Shown here in pieces: positions 51,373-60,267 of a stretch of DNA of 64,000 nucleotides (position 1 is the first letter of the stretch; every line of letters starts with the position of its first letter). The translations under genes were made by a program, and so were the position numbers. The stretch comes from Thermoanaerobaculia bacterium. GTDB lineage: Bacteria > Acidobacteriota > Thermoanaerobaculia > Gp7-AA8. The notes under the pieces were generated by a model. That model saw nothing but the letters and a program-made list of their open reading frames with translations, searched no databases and was not told the origin of the DNA. The stretch is taken from positions 3,412 to 67,411 of the forward strand of contig DATKCD010000013.1 of assembly GCA_035544735.1 (NCBI GenBank). Reading direction: 5' to 3'.

Positions 51373-51510
51373 TCCGGGCAAATGCAAAATGCACAATGCA
51401 AAATAATGCAAAATGGACAATCCAAAAAGGAGCCGACGACCCTCGACCGTCGCCGACCGATTCTGGCTGCTTCTCTTTGGATTGTGCATCGTGCAGTTTG
51501 CATTCGGCCG
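51373..51510. repeat. Heptamer-array hairpin element F
   Basis: Left arm CCTCCGGGCAAATGCAAAATGCACAATGCAAAATAATGCAAAATGGACAATCCAAAAAG. Right arm is its imperfect reverse complement (CTTTGGATTGTGCATCGTGCAGTTTGCATTCGGCCGGAGG). 37-bp loop. Confidence 0.75.
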
Positions 51511-51551
51511 GAGGCCCGCACGACTACGCCGCCGGCTCTCTGCGGGAGGTC

Positions 51552-52028
51552 CTACCTGCGCTCCTCGAGCAGAGCCATCGTGTTTCCCTCCGTGTCGCGG
51601 AACAGCGCGAGCCAGAGCTGGTGATCGGACATCTCCGCCACCATGCGCGGCGCCTCCACGAACGTCACTCCGGCCGCCGCGAGGCGCTCGTGCACCGCCT
51701 CGATCGATTCGGTGCGGAAATAGAGGATCGACGAATGATGCTCCTGCTCCGGCTTTTCCGCCACGCCCAGCAGCAGCCGGATGCCTCCGACCTCGAAGAA
51801 AGCCATCTGCGGAGGAGCGTCGAAAAGAAACGGAATGCCGAGAACGTCGCGATAGAAAGTCCTCGCACGATCGAGATCGCGCACGGTGATCGCGATCTGC
51901 CGGACTCCCAGGATGTCGGTGCTCGCCGCCATGGCAACCTCCCTGGCCGATCGATCGGGGAGCGCCGGACCGTCGGCCGAAGCCACGGCGCCCGTGAACA
52001 ACATGGACGCGACCAGAATCACTTTCAT
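51552..52028 (-). CDS. Secreted VOC-family (glyoxalase-fold) protein
   Basis: Start refined to MKVILVASMLF (signal peptide). VOC beta-alpha-beta modules. Confidence 0.6.
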   Translation of the reverse strand: MKVILVASMLFTGAVASADGPALPDRSAREVAMAASTDILGVRQIAITVRDLDRARTFYRDVLGIPFLFDAPPQMAFFEVGGIRLLLGVAEKPEQEHHSSILYFRTESIEAVHERLAAAGVTFVEAPRMVAEMSDHQLWLALFRDTEGNTMALLEERR

Positions 52029-52086
52029 GAATCGTCCTCCTCCGGCCCCGCCGGGCTGGTGACGATTCTCCGATCCCATTCACCGC

Positions 52087-52965
52087 TCAGTCTGACCGAT
52101 CTTGCGAATTCCGGCGGTGACGTGCGGGCGGGATCCCGAAGCGTGAGCGGAACCGCCGGGCGAGGCCCTCGGGCGAGAGGAATCCGCAGAGAGGGGCGAG
52201 CGTGGCGATTGGCAGCGAGGTCTTTTCGAGCAGGTCGCGGGCACGATCGAGACGGACGCGGGTGAGGTACTCGAGGGGAGTGACTCCTTCGATCGCCCGG
52301 AACGTCCGATGGAAGTGGTACTCGGAGAGCGAGGCGGCGGCGGCCATGGCGCCGAGGTCGATGGGATCGGCATGGCGGGCGTGGATGAAATCGACCGCAC
52401 GGGCGATGCGGCGGTGGAGCTCGATGCGGGTCGAGGCGCGGAGCGCGGGCACCGAGGCGATTCGCAGGCGGACGCTCCGTTCGGCTGCGAGCGCGGCAAC
52501 GCCGGCCTCGAGAAAGCATTCTTCGATCCGGCGGGGGTCGCGTGAGCGGTCGAGCTCTCGCCGCAGGGCGGCGATGGCGGCCGTGAGGGCGGGGGTGCGG
52601 CGGACGTGCGGATCGAACCCGCGATCCGCGCCGGCCGGCGCCTTTTCGAGAAGGGCCTCCGATCCTCTGGTCATGCCGGCCTCGAGGCTGGCGAGCCAGC
52701 CCCGCCGGAAAAAGAGGCAGAGCGTCTCGACCCTCTCGGTGGAATGGATTCGGAGGGCATAGCGGTCGCCCTCGTTGAGCGGCAGCCAGGCGCCCGTCTC
52801 GAGGCGGTGCGTCGCGCCGGCGGCCTCCCACTCGCCCGCTCCCCGCACGACGGTCTTGATCGATGCCGGACCTTCGAAGGCGACCTCGTGGCGGAAAGCG
52901 AAGCCGCGGAGGATCGCGTTCTCCCGCCCGAGCATCGACGCCGGAGGGTTCAGCAGGATCGGCAT
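52087..52965 (-). CDS. AraC-family transcriptional regulator
   Basis: 292 aa. C-terminal double HTH (LSEYHFHRTFRAIEGVTPLEYLTRVRLDRARDLL). N-terminal cupin-like sensing domain. Confidence 0.85.
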   Translation of the reverse strand: MPILLNPPASMLGRENAILRGFAFRHEVAFEGPASIKTVVRGAGEWEAAGATHRLETGAWLPLNEGDRYALRIHSTERVETLCLFFRRGWLASLEAGMTRGSEALLEKAPAGADRGFDPHVRRTPALTAAIAALRRELDRSRDPRRIEECFLEAGVAALAAERSVRLRIASVPALRASTRIELHRRIARAVDFIHARHADPIDLGAMAAAASLSEYHFHRTFRAIEGVTPLEYLTRVRLDRARDLLEKTSLPIATLAPLCGFLSPEGLARRFRSRFGIPPARHRRNSQDRSD

Positions 52966-53017
52966 GGCCGGAGTCTCGAACGCCGGAGCGGGATCGACTC
53001 GTCCGCCTCGACGCGCC

Positions 53018-53758
53018 TCAGCTCATCAGCTCTTCGGGGATGTCGAAGTTCGACCAGACGTTCTGCACGTCCTCGTGATCGTCGAGTGCCTCGAGCAGTT
53101 TGAGCGCCTGCTTCGCCTGCGGCTCCGCGACGCTGACCGAGGTCATCGGAATCATGCCGAGCTTCGCTTCGACCGTCGGGATGCCGACCTTCTCGAGCGC
53201 CTGCCGGACGTGCTCGAACGCCTCCGGCCCGGTGTAGACCTCGTAGGAATCGGCGTCGCCGCTCTGCAGATCGTCGGCCCCCGCCTCGAGGACGATCTCC
53301 ATCAGACGATCCTCGCCGACCGCGCGCTTCTCGATCGAGAAGTAGCCGCGGCGCTCGAACTGGAACCTGACCGACCCGGGCGTCCCGAGATTCCCTCCGT
53401 TCTTTTCGAACATGTGGCGGATCTCGGGAGTCGTGCGGTTGGAGTTGTCGGTCATCGCGTCGACGATGAACGCGACCCCGCCCGGCCCGTAGCCCTCGTA
53501 GATGACTTCCTCGTAGCTGGCGCCCTCGAGCTCGCCCGTTCCGCGCTTGATCGCGCGCTCGATGTTGTCCTTCGGCATGTTGCTCGCCTTCGCCTCCGCG
53601 ACGGCCGCACGAAGGCGCGGGTTCGCATCGGCGTCGCCGCCGCCGAGACGGGCGGCCACCGTCATCTCCTTGATGATCCGCGTGAAGACTTTGCCGCGCT
53701 TCGCGTCCGCGGCACCCTTCTTGTGCTTGATCGTGCTCCATTTGCTGTGGCCGGACAT
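53018..53758 (-). CDS. yebC: YebC/PmpR-family transcriptional regulator
   Basis: Start refined to MSGHSKWSTIKHKKG (hallmark N-terminus). 246 aa. Confidence 0.93.
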   Translation of the reverse strand: MSGHSKWSTIKHKKGAADAKRGKVFTRIIKEMTVAARLGGGDADANPRLRAAVAEAKASNMPKDNIERAIKRGTGELEGASYEEVIYEGYGPGGVAFIVDAMTDNSNRTTPEIRHMFEKNGGNLGTPGSVRFQFERRGYFSIEKRAVGEDRLMEIVLEAGADDLQSGDADSYEVYTGPEAFEHVRQALEKVGIPTVEAKLGMIPMTSVSVAEPQAKQALKLLEALDDHEDVQNVWSNFDIPEELMS

Positions 53759-53886
53759 GACGGACGTGCTCCCTGGCGAGGTAATTCGGATGTTGAGAAA
53801 CCGGGCTCGAAGAATACCATTCCCGTCGACGCCGGGCACCGCCGGCCTCCGGGGCGGTCTTTCCCCTTCCCCCCCGCCGGGCCCGG

Positions 53887-55218
53887 TCACATTCCCCTGC
53901 GGCCGCGGACGACCAGGCGCACGGGGGTGCCGACCAGCCCGAGGGCTTCGCGGAACTGGTTCTCGAGGAACCTCTTGTAGGAGAAGTGGAGCGGCTGTTC
54001 GACGTTCGAGAAGAGGGCGATGGTCGGCGGGCCGGAACGGAGCTGAGTCGCGTAGTAGAACTTCCGCCCCTTTCCGTCGACGGAGGGGGGGGAGTGCTTC
54101 GCGACGGCCGCCGCGAGGATCTGGTTGAGCTCGGAGGTCCGGAACCTCGCCCGATGGGACTCGGCGATCCGATCGATCTGGTCGAACAGCTTGTCGACGC
54201 GGCGGCCCGTTTTCGCGGAGATGAACTCGACCGGGGCGTACTGGAGGAACTTGAGCTTCGAGCGAATCGTCTCTTCGACGCGCTTCGCGGTGTCCTGCTC
54301 CGCCTCGACCAGGTCCCACTTGTTGACCAGGATGAGCGCTCCCTTGCCTTCCTCCTCGGCGTAGCCCGCGACCGTCGCGTCCTGCGCGGTGACGCCCTCG
54401 ACGGCGTCGATCATGACCAGCGCCACCTCGGAGCGGCGGACCGCCTTCAGCGCGGAGATCACGGCGAGCTTCTCCGCCCCGTCGGTCGTCTTCCCCTTGC
54501 GGCGGATCCCGGCCGTGTCGATGACGAGATAGCGCCGGCCCCCTCGCTCGATCCACTCGTCGACGGCGTCGCGCGTCGTGCCGGCGATCGAGGAGACCAC
54601 CACCCGCTCGCTCCCCGCCAGCCGGTTCAGCAGCGACGATTTACCGACGTTCGGCCGACCGATGATCGACAGCCTGACCGGGCTCGTCTCGTCCCCCGCT
54701 TCGGCCTCGTCGGGATCGTGCGGCAGCCGCTTCGCCAGCTCCTGCTCGAGCTCGTCGAGATTGATCCCGTGCTCCGCCGAGACGGCGATGAGACGCTCGA
54801 ATCCGAGCGCGTAGAACTCTCCCGCCGAATCCCGCGCGCTCCCAGTGTCGATCTTGTTGACCACTACGACGACCTTCTCCGCGTGCGGGCGCAGCTCGGT
54901 CGCGATCTCTTCGTCCTCCGGCATCGAGCCGGCGGTCCCGTCGACCACGAACACGATGACGCTCGCCGTCTCGATCGCGCGCAACGCCTGCTCCCGGATC
55001 TCACCGGCGAACGCCGACAGCGGGTTCTGCCCGTATTCCAGCCCCCCCGTATCGATCAGCTCGAAGCTCCGGCCGTCGGCGAGCGAGGAGAGGGCCGAGA
55101 TCCGGTCGCGCGTCATTCCGGGCATGTCGTGGATGAGCGCCCTCCGCCGCCCCGCGAGGCGGTTGAAGAGCGTCGACTTTCCGACGTTCGGTCTCCCGAC
55201 GATGACGACTCGATTCAT
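53887..55218 (-). CDS. der: Ribosome-biogenesis GTPase Der (EngA), tandem GTPase domains + KH-like domain
   Basis: Start refined to MNRVVIVGRPNVGKS. Second GD IGRPNVGKSS. DTAG and NKxD in both domains. Confidence 0.95.
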   Translation of the reverse strand: MNRVVIVGRPNVGKSTLFNRLAGRRRALIHDMPGMTRDRISALSSLADGRSFELIDTGGLEYGQNPLSAFAGEIREQALRAIETASVIVFVVDGTAGSMPEDEEIATELRPHAEKVVVVVNKIDTGSARDSAGEFYALGFERLIAVSAEHGINLDELEQELAKRLPHDPDEAEAGDETSPVRLSIIGRPNVGKSSLLNRLAGSERVVVSSIAGTTRDAVDEWIERGGRRYLVIDTAGIRRKGKTTDGAEKLAVISALKAVRRSEVALVMIDAVEGVTAQDATVAGYAEEEGKGALILVNKWDLVEAEQDTAKRVEETIRSKLKFLQYAPVEFISAKTGRRVDKLFDQIDRIAESHRARFRTSELNQILAAAVAKHSPPSVDGKGRKFYYATQLRSGPPTIALFSNVEQPLHFSYKRFLENQFREALGLVGTPVRLVVRGRRGM

Positions 55219-55320
55219 GACGTTCACGCCGGAGACATCATCGCATTCCGGAACGCCCCTCGACACGATGCCGTCTGCGCGCACCTCCTTCCCTGTCGCA
55301 CGCTTCGCCTCCGGACGCGA

Positions 55321-56661
55321 TCAGAGCGCGACCGCTCCCCAGTACAGCGCGATCGCGATCAGCGCGCCGGCGAGGGTGTTGAAGAAATTGAGCGCGCCGT
55401 TGGGAACGGGGACGCTCCTGTTCCGATTCCAGCTCCCCGCCACGCTCTCGAGCCACGAGGCGAGGATCGCGGCCGTGGTGACGATGAGCGTGCCCGCACC
55501 GAAGCTGACCGCGATCCGATCGTGTGCGAGGGCGACGCCGAGCGCGCCAACCGCCCCTCCCGCCAGCGCCCCCGCCAGCGTCCCCTCCAGCGAGATCGCC
55601 CCCTCGGTGCCTCGCGGAACCTGGCGGAGGCTCAGCGGAAGGAACGTCCTTCGCCCGAACAGCTGGCCGATCTCGGAGGCGGTGGTGTCGGCCGTCGCGG
55701 TGGCGAGCGCGGCAATCGCCCCGAGCCAGAGCGCTCGCAGCGACCCCGCTTCAGCTGCGATCAGGAGCGAGACGATCGCCGCCACCCCGACGTTCGACCA
55801 GGCATGCGAGAACCCCCTCCGCCCGCCCCGCTCCTGGGCGAGCCCGGCCGCCTCCTTCTTCTGCCATCCGAGTCGCGTCACCGCCGTGCCGACGACGAAG
55901 AACGCGACCAGCACCACGTAGAGCTCCCAGCCGGCGAATGCGATCAGGATCGCACCGAGCGCGAACCCTCCTGCCGCGCCGGAGAGGGTCACGCTCCGTC
56001 CGAGCCACCCTCCCAGAGCGAGCGCACCGTTCGCTCCGAGCCAGAGCAACTCCGTCCCGCCGAGACGCGGCTCCGGCTCGCGCGAGATCCGCGTCAGCGC
56101 CGCCAGCAGAAGGGCTCCGACCAGCGGCACCACGAAGTTGTCGTCGAGACGCAGATCGAGACTCTCCGCGATCGCGCAGGCGATCGCCGTCACGACCGCC
56201 AGGGAGATCCAGCCGGCCGCGTACGGAGGATCGGGCTGCACGAACGAGGCGACCTGCCACGCCGCGACGCTCCCGGCCAGAACGAACGTCAGCGAGCCGG
56301 CGACGCTCTTCGAGCGGTTCCACGGCAGTCGCGGTCCCCCGATCAGCCGCCCCGCCAGGGTCGCTCCCCCGTCGCCGAACGCCATGATCGCCCACACCGC
56401 CGCGGCGACCCCGGGATCGCCGGGGAACAGGACGATCAGGAAGAACACCGCAGCGGGATAGAGGACGATTCCGAGGTCCGTGCCGCGCGGGCTGCGCGCG
56501 ATGCGCGTGCCGAACAGGTGCGGGAGCACGAGCCAGTTGTAGAGAAACGCCGCGGCGGCCAGGGCTGCCGCCTGCCAGGGACTCAACCATCGGAGCAGCA
56601 GAGCGCAGAACCCGAACGCCACGTGCACCAGCTTCCGGAGGACCTCCCGATCGAGCGCCAT
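55321..56661 (-). CDS. Fusion of polyprenol/phytol-kinase-like (CTP-dependent kinase) domain with DUF92 (TMEM19-like) membrane domain
   Basis: Start refined to MALDREVLRKLVHV. N-terminal part has FGDGGATLAG...NRSKSVAGS (dolichol/phytol-kinase-like). C-terminal half is polytopic DUF92-like. Confidence 0.6.
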   Translation of the reverse strand: MALDREVLRKLVHVAFGFCALLLRWLSPWQAAALAAAAFLYNWLVLPHLFGTRIARSPRGTDLGIVLYPAAVFFLIVLFPGDPGVAAAVWAIMAFGDGGATLAGRLIGGPRLPWNRSKSVAGSLTFVLAGSVAAWQVASFVQPDPPYAAGWISLAVVTAIACAIAESLDLRLDDNFVVPLVGALLLAALTRISREPEPRLGGTELLWLGANGALALGGWLGRSVTLSGAAGGFALGAILIAFAGWELYVVLVAFFVVGTAVTRLGWQKKEAAGLAQERGGRRGFSHAWSNVGVAAIVSLLIAAEAGSLRALWLGAIAALATATADTTASEIGQLFGRRTFLPLSLRQVPRGTEGAISLEGTLAGALAGGAVGALGVALAHDRIAVSFGAGTLIVTTAAILASWLESVAGSWNRNRSVPVPNGALNFFNTLAGALIAIALYWGAVAL

Positions 56662-56776
56662 CCGCGCGAGTCTAGGGGTCGGGCAGACCCGGAGTCCAGA
56701 AGAGTCGGGGTTCGGGAGTCGGCAGTCTCGCGGTTCCCCGCCCGGCTCCAGACTCCAGACTCTACAATGGGCGGCG

Positions 56777-58210
56777 ATGGCCGAATCCGAGAGCCCCGCC
56801 GAGCCCCGGCCGCTGCTGTCGGTCATCGTTCCCTGCTACAACGAGCGGTCGACGGTGGCGGAGCTTCTGAGACGCGTGAGGAAGGTCCCGGTCGACAAGG
56901 AGATCATCGTCGTCGACGACCAGTCGCGCGACGGCTCGCGCGACATCGTGGCCGCCCTGGCGGCGGAGTGGCCCGAGCTGCGCCAGGAGATCCAGCCGCG
57001 AAACATGGGAAAGGGGGCCGCGCTCCGGCGCGGGATCGAGCTCGCGCGCGGCGAGATCGTCATCATTCAGGATGCGGATCTCGAGTACGACCCGGAGGAG
57101 TACCCGAAGCTGATCCAGCCGATCGTCGACGGGCACGCGGACGTCGTCTATGGTTCGCGATTCGAAGGCTACCCGCGACGCGTCATGCTCTACTGGCACA
57201 GGCTCGGCAACGTTTTTCTCACATTCCTCTCGAACGCGACGACCAACCTCGACCTGACCGACATGGAGACGTGCTACAAGGTCTTCCGCCGCGAGGTGAT
57301 CCAGTCGATCCGGCTCAACTCGAACCGCTTCGGTTTCGAGCCCGAGGTCACGGCGAAGGTCGCGAAGCGCGGGTACCGGATCTACGAGGTCCCGATCGCC
57401 TACTACGGCCGCGACTACTGGGAAGGAAAGAAGATCAACTGGAAGGACGGCTTCTCGGCGATCTGGACGATCCTGCGGTACGGCCTGTTCGAAGATCCCG
57501 CGAGCGAGCCGGCCGGCTATCTCACGCTGCGCCGCAAGTCGACCCTCCGGAATTATCACGAATGGATCTGGGACCGGATCCGGCCGCACGTGGGGCAGCG
57601 CGTGCTGGAGGTCGGAGCGGGGAGCGGGAGTCTGACGCGCCTGCTCTACGGGCGCGATCTGGTGGTCGCGACCGAGAAGGAGACGCCGTATCTGGACCGT
57701 CTGACCAACGCATTCCGGCGGCGGCCGGGGATCGAAGTCGAGGCGCTCGACCTCGATGCGCCGGGAGACCTCTCGCGCTTCATCGAGCGTCGCTTCGACA
57801 CGATCCTGCTGGTCAACGTCCTCGAGCACCTCGGCGACGACGCCGGCGCGCTCCGGCGCGCCCATTCGATCCTCGAGCCGGGGGGAACGGTGATCGTTTA
57901 CGTGCCGGGAGACAGCCGGCTGTTCGGACCTCTCGATCGCGGCGTGGGGCACCACCGGCGCTACGACCCCGAGCAGCTCCGGCAGCTTTTGTCGGAGGCG
58001 GGCTTCTCGACGATCGAGCTCGGATGGCAGAACCGGGCGGGCCGCATCGGATGGAGGGTCAACTCCGGGCTGCTGCGGCGGCGCGAGCTGCCGTCGACCC
58101 AGTCGAAGATGTTCGATCGTCTGGTGCCGCTGCTGCGGCGGCTGGAGGGGGAGCGGCCGCGCAGGGGGCTCAGCCTCGTCGCGGTGGGTCGCAAGGGAGA
58201 ATCGCGATGA
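56777..58210 (+). CDS. Family-2 glycosyltransferase (polyprenyl-phosphate mannosyl/glucosyl-transferase, Dpm1-like) fused to a class-I SAM methyltransferase domain
   Basis: LLSVIVPCYNE...VVDDQSRDGS...IQDADLEYDP (GT-A DXD). Then LEVGAGSGSLT...LLVNVLEHL (MTase motifs I and post-I). Confidence 0.85.
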   Translation: MAESESPAEPRPLLSVIVPCYNERSTVAELLRRVRKVPVDKEIIVVDDQSRDGSRDIVAALAAEWPELRQEIQPRNMGKGAALRRGIELARGEIVIIQDADLEYDPEEYPKLIQPIVDGHADVVYGSRFEGYPRRVMLYWHRLGNVFLTFLSNATTNLDLTDMETCYKVFRREVIQSIRLNSNRFGFEPEVTAKVAKRGYRIYEVPIAYYGRDYWEGKKINWKDGFSAIWTILRYGLFEDPASEPAGYLTLRRKSTLRNYHEWIWDRIRPHVGQRVLEVGAGSGSLTRLLYGRDLVVATEKETPYLDRLTNAFRRRPGIEVEALDLDAPGDLSRFIERRFDTILLVNVLEHLGDDAGALRRAHSILEPGGTVIVYVPGDSRLFGPLDRGVGHHRRYDPEQLRQLLSEAGFSTIELGWQNRAGRIGWRVNSGLLRRRELPSTQSKMFDRLVPLLRRLEGERPRRGLSLVAVGRKGESR

Positions 58211-59226
58211 GCGAGCGCGCGGCGATCCTGCTCGCGGGGGGGGCCGGCACGCGCCTCTGGCCTCTGAGCACCGACGAGCGGCCCAAGCAGTTCCTCCGGA
58301 TCTTCGAAGGACGCTCGCTCCTGCAGATCGCCTTCTCCCGCATGCGGAACCTCCTTCCGGCCGACCGGATCTTCGTCGCGGCCCACGAGCGCCATCGCGA
58401 AGCGATCTTCGCCGAGCTGCCCGAGCTCCCCCCCGACAACGTCCTGCTCGAGCCCGAGCGGCGGAACACCGCGCCCGCGATCGCCGTCTCCTGCTCGCAG
58501 GTCGCGCGCACCCTCGCCGGCGATCCGGTCATCGGGATCTTCCCCTCCGATCACTTCGTCGCGGACGAGGACGCATTCGTCCGCACCGTCGACCGCGCCT
58601 TCCGCTTCGCCGCGACCGAGCCGTTTCTCGTCACGATCGGAATCGATCCCGATCATCCCAACACCGGCTTCGGATATCTCGAGCTCGGAGAGACGATGGG
58701 GGACGAAGTCATCCGGCTGCTCCGCTTCGTCGAGAAGCCGACGCGGGAGCGCGCCGAGGAGTTCGTCCGGAGCGGGCGGTTCGTCTGGAACGGAGGGATG
58801 TTCGTCTGGCGCCGGAGCACCTTCGAGAACGCGCTGGAGGCGACCGCTCCGGAGATCGCGGCGATCGCCCGGAAGCTCGCCGGCGCTTCGGCAGCCGAGC
58901 GGAAGACCCTCTACGCGCAGATGCCTTCGATCTCGATCGACTTCGCCGTGATGGAGAAGGCGCCGAACGTCGCGACCGTCCGGGGATCGTTCGGCTGGTC
59001 CGACGTCGGGTCGTGGAAGGCCGTCGCGAAGATCGTCGGGCAGGGACTGGAGGAGGGAGTGATCCGCGAAGAGTCGCCCGGCTCGCTGGTGCACGCCCGA
59101 GGCGACCGCCCCGTCATCCTCATCGGCGTGCCCAACATCGCCGTCGTCGACGTCCCCGAAGGACTCCTCGTCATCGACCTCGACCGATCCGAGCACCTCG
59201 CCTCGGTCCTCAAGAAGCATGAGTAA
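58207..59226 (+). CDS. manC: Mannose-1-phosphate guanylyltransferase (GDP-mannose pyrophosphorylase)
   Basis: ATG at 58207 overlaps the upstream stop (ATGA). LLAGGAGTRLWPLS nucleotidyl-transferase motif. The listed 1746-aa ORF is an artefact. Confidence 0.85.
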   Translation: MSERAAILLAGGAGTRLWPLSTDERPKQFLRIFEGRSLLQIAFSRMRNLLPADRIFVAAHERHREAIFAELPELPPDNVLLEPERRNTAPAIAVSCSQVARTLAGDPVIGIFPSDHFVADEDAFVRTVDRAFRFAATEPFLVTIGIDPDHPNTGFGYLELGETMGDEVIRLLRFVEKPTRERAEEFVRSGRFVWNGGMFVWRRSTFENALEATAPEIAAIARKLAGASAAERKTLYAQMPSISIDFAVMEKAPNVATVRGSFGWSDVGSWKAVAKIVGQGLEEGVIREESPGSLVHARGDRPVILIGVPNIAVVDVPEGLLVIDLDRSEHLASVLKKHE

Positions 59227-59347
59227 GGCATTGATGATTGATGATTGATGATTGATGATTGACGGCTCGATCATCGAGCATCAATCATAGATCATCAATC
59301 AAAAATGCCTTTCAATCATCAATCATAGATCATAGATCATCAATGCC
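59227..59347. repeat. TGATTGA-heptamer inverted-repeat element G
   Basis: GGCATTGA(TGATTGA)x4...central palindrome GCTCGATCATCGAGC...TCAATCA/TAGATCA units...TCATCAATGCC. Terminal inverted repeats GGCATTGATGA/TCATCAATGCC. The right repeat contains the ATG (59343-59345) of the next gene. Confidence 0.85.
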
Positions 59348-60188
59348 TTCTGGCGTGTTCGACATTCACCTTCACGTGCAGCCCTGGGAGATGCTGCGGG
59401 ACGAAGTGCGGCCGCTCATCGACGACGAGTCGCACCGCGGCGCCGCGGAGATTCTCGCCTCGGCTCCGCGCCTCCTCGACTGGATGGATAAGGAAGGGAT
59501 CGCGCGCGCCTGCTGCATCAACTACGTCTCCCCCGACGTGATGGGATTCCCCGCCGCGGTGAACGACTGGATCGCGACCTTCACGCGCGCCCATCGCGAC
59601 CGCCTCCTCCCCGTCGGCTCGGTCCATCCGAAGACCACTCCCGACCTCCGCTCCGAGATCCTCCGCCTGCTCGACCTCGGCATGCGGATGATCAAGATCC
59701 ATCCGCCGCATCAGCTCTTCGCCGCGAATGCCTACCGCTCCGGCCTGCCGGGCCTCGCCGCCGTCTACGCCGAATGCGAGACGCGCGGAGTCCCGGTGAT
59801 GTTCCATACCGGAACGTCGATCTTTCCGGGAGCGCGGAACGTCTACGCCGACCCGATGCCGATCGACGACGTCGCCGTCGATTTTCCGCGCCTCACGATC
59901 ATCCTGGCGCATGCCGGCAGACCTCTCTACGGCGACACCGCCTTCTTCCTCGTGCGGAGGCATCGCAACGTGTTCCTCGATCTGTCCGGCATCCCTCCGA
60001 AAGCGATCCCGCGATACGTCCCGCGCCTGGCCCACATTTCGGAGCGGGTCCTCTGGGGAACCGACTGGCCCTCGCCCGGCGTGGTCTCGCCCCGCGCGAA
60101 CGTCGAGCAGTTCCGCGCCCTCGGTCTCGGAGAAGAAGTCGAGCGCAAGATCCTCGGCGAAAACGCCGCCCTGTTGTTCCCGACGTAG
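59343..60188 (+). CDS. Amidohydrolase-2-family TIM-barrel metal-dependent hydrolase
   Basis: Start refined to MPSGVFDIHLHVQ (H-x-H metal motif at the N-terminus). HTG and later His/Asp (GTDWP). Confidence 0.7.
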   Translation: MPSGVFDIHLHVQPWEMLRDEVRPLIDDESHRGAAEILASAPRLLDWMDKEGIARACCINYVSPDVMGFPAAVNDWIATFTRAHRDRLLPVGSVHPKTTPDLRSEILRLLDLGMRMIKIHPPHQLFAANAYRSGLPGLAAVYAECETRGVPVMFHTGTSIFPGARNVYADPMPIDDVAVDFPRLTIILAHAGRPLYGDTAFFLVRRHRNVFLDLSGIPPKAIPRYVPRLAHISERVLWGTDWPSPGVVSPRANVEQFRALGLGEEVERKILGENAALLFPT

Positions 60189-60267
60189 CTTCCGAGCTCG
60201 CCCGTCGTCTCCGGCCGCTCCGCCGGCGGTCGATTGGCAGGGGGCTTGCGTCCTCAGCCGTTCGCAG

